Shown in pieces: positions 34,245 through 39,643 of a stretch of DNA of 39,643 nt (within the stretch, counting starts at the first letter, position 1; the number at the start of each line of letters is the position of its first letter). The translations under genes and the position numbers were made by a program. The DNA comes from Candidatus Aminicenantes bacterium (GTDB lineage Bacteria; Acidobacteriota; Aminicenantia; Aminicenantales; Aminicenantaceae): assembly GCA_023133225.1 (NCBI GenBank), contig JAGLWV010000274.1:1-39643 (forward strand). Reading direction: 5' to 3'. The notes beneath the pieces are model-generated. The model saw nothing but the letters and a program-made list of their open reading frames with translations. It was not told the DNA's origin and searched no databases.

Positions 34245-34311
34245 TTTTTGCTCAAGAAAAATAGGACCGTCCCCTTTTTTGTCACGAATTATAAATTTTC
34301 CGATTTTTCCC

Positions 34312-34357
34312 TTGATAAATGCGACACTGTGTCGTATTTTTACGACAGCATGTCGTA
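34312..34357 (+). promoter_or_regulatory. Sigma70-type promoter overlapped by two BlaI/MecI/CopY-type operators
   Basis: TTGATA-N17-TATTTT; palindromes TGCGAC-ACTGT-GTCGTA (34320-34336) and TACGAC-AGCAT-GTCGTA (34341-34357), 21 bp apart. Confidence 0.7.
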
Positions 34358-34431
34358 TTCGAGTTTCGACCTTGAGGACACCGAGCAAGAAGAAGACCAA
34401 TGGTCAGACTTTAGCTTAGAAGAGAAAGATC

Positions 34432-37400
34432 ATGATTAATTTTTACTTTATCGGACGAATCGCTTTTTATGAAGCCAGGCTGCTTTTGCGGTCATGGGGA
34501 TTTCGCATTTTTTCCGGACTCGTTTTGATCATCCTGGCCCTTGTCAATATTGCCATCGTTTTGCGGAGCGTATCGACTCCCTACTACATCAGTTCTCTAT
34601 CAGGTTCCCTGCCCTTAAACAGCCTTAAACTCTTTAATATCTTCCAGGGAATCATCGTCGCTTTGATGGCAACTGAATTTTTCAAACGTGACAGAAAACA
34701 CGATTCCGTTCAAGTTGTCCTTGCAAGCTCCTTTTCAAACGTGGAATATTTTCTGGGAAAAGCCCTGGGCATATTTTCTGTATTTTTGCTGTTGAATATG
34801 CTCGTGCTGTCCATTACTTTTGTCATCCACTTCTTTTTCTCAAGCACCATTTTTGCCCTGCAGCCGTATCTGCTGTACACATTGTTGATCAGTCTGCCTA
34901 CATTAATTTTTATGATCGGGCTGTCATTCTTTCTGTCCTCGCTGCTGCGAAGTCAGGCTGTGGTCTTCTTCATCCTTCTTGCCTATTCTTTTCTGGTTAT
35001 AGTTTTTATAGGGGCACCGTTTATTGGTCTTTTTGATTCCTATGCATTCTATCTGCCTCTTATGTGGTCGGATTTTATCGGCCTCGGCAACATCCATTCA
35101 ATTCTATTGATCCGCTTGTTCTATGTCCTTCTGGGCTTGAGTTTCTTTTTTGTTTCGCCTCTGCTGTTTAAAAGGTTGAGACAATCGGCGCTCTCGAACA
35201 CGGTGACAGGATCGCTCTCTATGGTCTGTTTGGTGCTGGTCGTAATCCTGGGATTTAGTTACACAAACGGCAAATATGCCGATAGAAAATACCGTCATCA
35301 ACTCAAAGAATCAAGTCAGGGATTTCGAGAAACACAATCAACAACCATTCTCAGTTATGATATTCAACTCGAACACACAGGCAAAAAAATCAGCGCTACA
35401 GCTCAACTGGATATGGTCAATGAATCTCCCACTGCCCTCGATACAATTCTGATGACACTCAATCCTGGATTAAAGGTTGAATCTGTCACCCAAGGCAGCA
35501 GACCTCTCAATTTTCGACAGGACAACCATCTTCTTCATGTGACTCCAACAGAGCCGATCCAATCAGAGGATTCAATCGGTTTAACTATTTCTTATTCCGG
35601 AAAAATCGATGAACGCTACTGTTTTCTGGATATCGAAAAGGAGCGCTACGAAAGCCGGTACAGGCTTTGGATTTATGATATTCCCAAACATTATGCTTTT
35701 GTCACATCCGATTTTGTCCATCTCACGCCGGAATGCGGGTGGTACCCGATCTCCGGCCTTCCCCCGGGTGCAGCCTACCCGGCTATGGCCACCCCCAGTT
35801 ATTCCAAATACACTCTCACAGTCACAACTCCCAAGAGTTTGACCGCCATCTCTCAGGGAAAACCTGAGACACGGACCCAAGGCGACACAATTCAACACAC
35901 ATTCAAGCCAGAAGTCCTTCTGCCGAAAATATCTCTGACGATCGGCTCCTACCAGGTTCACGAAATTACGATCGACAATCTCACCTACTCTCTCTATGTG
36001 CGGCCGGGCCACGATTATTTCACTCCTCTCATGGATCACATCCAAGATAATGATATACTCACGGAACAACTCATCAGGCCGAGTCTAGACCAGCTCGAAG
36101 TGTTTCTGGGTGTGTACTACCCCTACAAACGCCTCTCTCTTGTTGAAGTCCCCATAAACATCATAAGCTACCATCGTCTCTGGACTGTAGCGCATGAAAC
36201 GGTCCAGCCTCAGCTCACATTTATCCCGGAAATGGCCACGATTAACACTTATGGTCAACTGCGTTTTCCTCTGGATCAAGAAAGGGCGTTGCGGAGCAGG
36301 CAGGTGCCTGTCGCCTTGAGTGGGATTCAGAGGGGCGCTTTATGGCGCTTTATCAACTGGAATTTGATGGGCAATACAGATTATATCGATCCAGCTACAG
36401 TCAAGACAATCGACAGGATGAGACGAAACAAAATTGGATTCAACTTCAAGGCCGATATCGAAACGCAATTCGATCTTTTACCCAATTTTGTCTCATTCAA
36501 CTCACAGGTCGTTTCCACCAGATGGCCCGTCCTCAATTTTGCGCTGGAATCCTATATGCGCAAGCGTGTGGCGGCTCCCCTGGTGATGTACAGACAAACA
36601 GAGAGCGGTCTTTCCCCTGAAGAAGAGTCCAACTTGGATTTGAAGGACCGCTCGCTGGCCGCGATGATCACGGATCCGGATCTCGAAACTGCCGTCGTTC
36701 ACGGCGCTCTCCAAGCCAAAGCACAAACACTCCTGGCTTTGATCGAAGCCAAATACGGAGAAGAAAATTTTAATGGAAAAATCACAAGTTTCCTTACCCG
36801 TCAGAAACACAGCATCATCACTGAACAAGATCTGACGGATTTCCTATTCAGCTTGGGGGACATCTCCCTCCGTGAGATCGTCGATGAGTGGTACACCGGC
36901 TCCCAGATTCCCGGCTATATTATGGGAGATGTCGAGAGCTATGATGTGATCGAAGGGGAAAGAAAACGGACTCAGGTTAAATTCCTCATCGCCAATCCCA
37001 CGTCTGTGGATGGCATCACAAAAATCAAGCTGCGGGACCGGCCACAGCGGGGGGGACCGCCACCGGATATTTATTCTCGAGCGCTTCTCATCCCGGCAAA
37101 AACCACTATACAGGTAGGCTTTGTCACTGATCAACCGCCCGCCTCAATGACAGTAGAGACCTTTGTCTCCCAAAACATCCCCGTATCCATCGATATGCCT
37201 TTTTATGAACGGCGGGTCTTGAGAGAAGAGAATCCTTTTAGGGGAGAAATATCAAAGCCCTATGAGCGATCGGATCTGTTTCCCGAGGATGAGATCATCG
37301 TCGATAATAGTGACCCGGGATTTGAGATCCCTGGCATGGCTAAACAGCACTGGCTCAGCCGCATCCTGCAAAATCTGTTCAATGTCAAAGAAGACTCGAC

Positions 37401-37911
37401 AGTTTTTACCGGGATGAATCTTCTTGATCCTCCCGCGTTCTGGACGCAGTCGACAAACCAGGATTTTTACGGAGAGTTTGTCCGTTCAGCCTATCTGAAA
37501 AAATCCGGGGAGGGAAAGGACAGAGTTGTATGGAATGTGGAAATCAAAGAAACAGGAGATTACGACATCTCTTTTTACCACAGCATCTCCCGGAGAATGC
37601 GGCAGGGGGTAAGGGCACGACAACAGCAAGCTGCGGACCGATCTGGAGGATCCTCATCACAACGCCGGGGAAAAAAGTTTTTTTCGGTCTCCGTTCGGAA
37701 TGGGACAGAAGAGGTCGAGATCGATCTCTCGGAAACCGGACAAGGATGGAACCTCATCGGATCTTTTCAGCTGGATGCTGGACCAAACAAAATTGAACTC
37801 AGCGATAAAAACGACGACGGCTATGTGCTGGCGGATGCCGTAAAATGGGTGAAAAGAGATGCCGGAAAGAGGCGCGTGGCCGCCCGTAAGCACATCTTCG
37901 AAGACAAGTAA
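34432..37911 (+). CDS. ABC-2-type permease fused to an M1-aminopeptidase-like domain and a C-terminal golvesin/xanthan-lyase-type carbohydrate-binding module
   Basis: About 7 TM helices (IAFYEARLLLRSW, YFLGKALG), LNPGLKV, YSGKIDE, LTPECGWYP, YPYKRLSLVEVP, IIVDNSDPGF, LADAVKW; no HEXXH found. Confidence 0.82.
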   Translation: MINFYFIGRIAFYEARLLLRSWGFRIFSGLVLIILALVNIAIVLRSVSTPYYISSLSGSLPLNSLKLFNIFQGIIVALMATEFFKRDRKHDSVQVVLASSFSNVEYFLGKALGIFSVFLLLNMLVLSITFVIHFFFSSTIFALQPYLLYTLLISLPTLIFMIGLSFFLSSLLRSQAVVFFILLAYSFLVIVFIGAPFIGLFDSYAFYLPLMWSDFIGLGNIHSILLIRLFYVLLGLSFFFVSPLLFKRLRQSALSNTVTGSLSMVCLVLVVILGFSYTNGKYADRKYRHQLKESSQGFRETQSTTILSYDIQLEHTGKKISATAQLDMVNESPTALDTILMTLNPGLKVESVTQGSRPLNFRQDNHLLHVTPTEPIQSEDSIGLTISYSGKIDERYCFLDIEKERYESRYRLWIYDIPKHYAFVTSDFVHLTPECGWYPISGLPPGAAYPAMATPSYSKYTLTVTTPKSLTAISQGKPETRTQGDTIQHTFKPEVLLPKISLTIGSYQVHEITIDNLTYSLYVRPGHDYFTPLMDHIQDNDILTEQLIRPSLDQLEVFLGVYYPYKRLSLVEVPINIISYHRLWTVAHETVQPQLTFIPEMATINTYGQLRFPLDQERALRSRQVPVALSGIQRGALWRFINWNLMGNTDYIDPATVKTIDRMRRNKIGFNFKADIETQFDLLPNFVSFNSQVVSTRWPVLNFALESYMRKRVAAPLVMYRQTESGLSPEEESNLDLKDRSLAAMITDPDLETAVVHGALQAKAQTLLALIEAKYGEENFNGKITSFLTRQKHSIITEQDLTDFLFSLGDISLREIVDEWYTGSQIPGYIMGDVESYDVIEGERKRTQVKFLIANPTSVDGITKIKLRDRPQRGGPPPDIYSRALLIPAKTTIQVGFVTDQPPASMTVETFVSQNIPVSIDMPFYERRVLREENPFRGEISKPYERSDLFPEDEIIVDNSDPGFEIPGMAKQHWLSRILQNLFNVKEDSTVFTGMNLLDPPAFWTQSTNQDFYGEFVRSAYLKKSGEGKDRVVWNVEIKETGDYDISFYHSISRRMRQGVRARQQQAADRSGGSSSQRRGKKFFSVSVRNGTEEVEIDLSETGQGWNLIGSFQLDAGPNKIELSDKNDDGYVLADAVKWVKRDAGKRRVAARKHIFEDK

Positions 37912-38102
37912 TCCAAAGATTTTTCCATGGCGAAAATTCTTGAAAGATTTTTGGGAGGGAAAGATTATCAATTGGAATTACTCGCTATTAAATAAATTGG
38001 AAGAAAATCGGACTATATCTTGTCTAATATAATAGGACATTGTTTATTTATTTCTAATGAAGTGTACATTATAATGAAGCAGGAATTTTTCGACTCTATT
38101 AG

Positions 38103-38159
38103 CCTGGATTATTCACGAGTCGAGATTGCAGTAGCGGCAGTTTTTATGAATAACTCAGG
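38103..38159. repeat. MITE-like palindromic mini-element, family B copy 2
   Basis: CCTGGATTATTCACGAGTCGAG...TTTTATGAATAACTCAGG. Confidence 0.75.
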
Positions 38160-38177
38160 CTAGAAGGAAGGACTAAA

Positions 38178-39086
38178 ATGCAAATATCTATCCGAAAGCT
38201 GTCGAAACGCTACTCCGGTGGTAAATACGCCCTCAGAGAGGTGGATCTGGAAATTGGCAGCGGTATGTTTGGCCTTCTCGGTCCCAACGGTGCCGGAAAA
38301 ACGACCTTGATGCGTATACTTGTAACCATGCTTGAGCCAAGTTCAGGCGAAGTCCTGGTAGATGGGCATGCGCTTCATAAGTACCGCAAACAGGTCCGTC
38401 AAATGACAGGTTATCTGCCGCAAGATTTTAGTATCTTTTCGAAGCTGAAAGTCTGGGAGTTCCTGGATTATGTCGCTTCTTTAAACGGTGTTCGTGCAAA
38501 ACGTGCCAGACTGGCTAAAATTGACCAGCTACTTGAAGATGTCGGACTTTTTGATGTGCGTGATCGCCGCTCAAGTAAACTCTCCGGAGGCATGAAACGC
38601 AGACTGGGAATTGCTCAAACTTTGATCGGCGATCCAAGAATAATGATCGTTGACGAGCCCACCACCGGTCTTGACCCTGAGGAGCGTGTGCGCTTCCGTA
38701 ACTTGCTGGCAGATCTTTCCGTTAAGGATATGATCATTCTTCTCTCTACACATATCGTGGGCGATATTTCCTCCACATGTGCCAATGTTGCCCTGCTAAA
38801 CGCGGGCAAAATAGTCTTCGATGGCTCGCCAGATGAATTGATCAGTGCAGCCAAAGGGAAGGTCTGGAAGGTATCGGCTGGTGTTGAAGAATCAGACCGG
38901 TTAAAGGAGAAGTACCCGGTGATCTCAACCGTGCCCTCGGATAATGGATATGAATTACGCCTGGTGGCGGATGATATTTCTGTAAAGGGCGCGGTCCCTG
39001 TCGACCCCAACCTGGAAGACGCTTATATATTCTTCATGAAATCCCTCGGCTATGACGAACCTAAGGGAAACAACAGTGACTTATAA
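38178..39086 (+). CDS. ABC transporter ATP-binding protein
   Basis: GPNGAGKTT, LSGGMKRR, VDEPTTGLDP, LSTH, PNLEDAY. Confidence 0.96.
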   Translation: MQISIRKLSKRYSGGKYALREVDLEIGSGMFGLLGPNGAGKTTLMRILVTMLEPSSGEVLVDGHALHKYRKQVRQMTGYLPQDFSIFSKLKVWEFLDYVASLNGVRAKRARLAKIDQLLEDVGLFDVRDRRSSKLSGGMKRRLGIAQTLIGDPRIMIVDEPTTGLDPEERVRFRNLLADLSVKDMIILLSTHIVGDISSTCANVALLNAGKIVFDGSPDELISAAKGKVWKVSAGVEESDRLKEKYPVISTVPSDNGYELRLVADDISVKGAVPVDPNLEDAYIFFMKSLGYDEPKGNNSDL

Positions 39087-39107
39087 TATAAATAAAGGAT
39101 TGGAACC

Positions 39108-39643
39108 ATGATAAATTTTTACTCTATTTGGAGAATCGCTCTCTATGAAGCCAAGCTGCTGCTTCGCTCATGGGGATTTCGCATTTTCTCAGCAATAGGA
39201 CTGGTTATTCTGACTCTTCTCACTATCGCGATAGGAACAACTGCTATCTATGCCCCCTATTTCTTTCACTCTCTCTCCAGTTCTTTACCTCTAAACAGTA
39301 TTAAGCTGTTTAATGTCTATCAGGGATTAATTGCCGCTTTCCTGGCAACCGAGTTTTTCAAGCGCGACAAAAAGCACAACAGTAACCAGGTTGTACTCGC
39401 AAGCTCATTTTCTAATATGGAATATTTCCTGGGAAAAGTCGTCGGCATCCTGTCCGTATTTGCCCTGCTGAACGCGGCCGTATTACTCATAACCTTTGTT
39501 ATTCACTTCTTCTTTTCCAGTACGATATTTGCCTGGCAGCCATATATACTTTACACGTTGCTTATCAGCCTGCCGATGCTGATCTTTATGATCGGGCTCT
39601 CTTTCCTGCTGTCCGCTCTGCTGCGCAGCCAGGCAGTGGCATT
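39108..39643 (+). CDS. Partial ABC permease fusion, paralog of 34432-37911 (runs off the window; absent from the ORF track)
   Basis: ATG 39108 reads MINFYSIWRIALYEAKLLLRSWGFRIFS..., colinear with MINFYFIGRIAFYEARLLLRSWGFRIFS. Confidence 0.9.
   Translation, partial: MINFYSIWRIALYEAKLLLRSWGFRIFSAIGLVILTLLTIAIGTTAIYAPYFFHSLSSSLPLNSIKLFNVYQGLIAAFLATEFFKRDKKHNSNQVVLASSFSNMEYFLGKVVGILSVFALLNAAVLLITFVIHFFFSSTIFAWQPYILYTLLISLPMLIFMIGLSFLLSALLRSQAVA

Noticed and set aside
34236-34439. 67-aa ORF upstream of the permease
   Set aside because: It starts inside a repeat arm and runs across the promoter and operators; no RBS or recognisable motif.

Overview
39.6 kb bacterial chromosomal window, genetic code 11. 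The gene content (GWxTD-domain paralogs, Acidobacterial-type VWA protein, TPR-fused sulfatase-like protein, Oar-type TonB-dependent receptor) suggests Acidobacteriota, probably Ca. Aminicenantes; this is an inference. Left to right: (1) an exported protein whose apparent TGA stop is followed by an open frame (U-G-F-S-C) and a SECIS-like hairpin, so probably an unannotated selenoprotein; (2) a GNAT, a Tat-exported sulfatase and two flavodoxin-like genes; (3) an intergenic cluster of several mini-repeat families; (4) a wtpABC-moeA-moaA-moaC-MOSC-mogA operon behind a P3-less Moco/Wco riboswitch, with an in-frame TGA in wtpA; (5) a ~21 kb cell-envelope locus with four GWxTD paralogs, VWA, secreted kinase-fold, TPR, sulfatase-TPR and beta-barrel proteins, and a TonB-dependent receptor with a sigma54-type promoter; (6) a BrnT/BrnA toxin-antitoxin pair; (7) tandem ABC-permease/M1-like fusion genes behind a BlaI-type double operator. 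The strongest leads are the candidate selenoprotein and the GWxTD envelope locus. All calls come from reading the sequence by eye; no searches were run.
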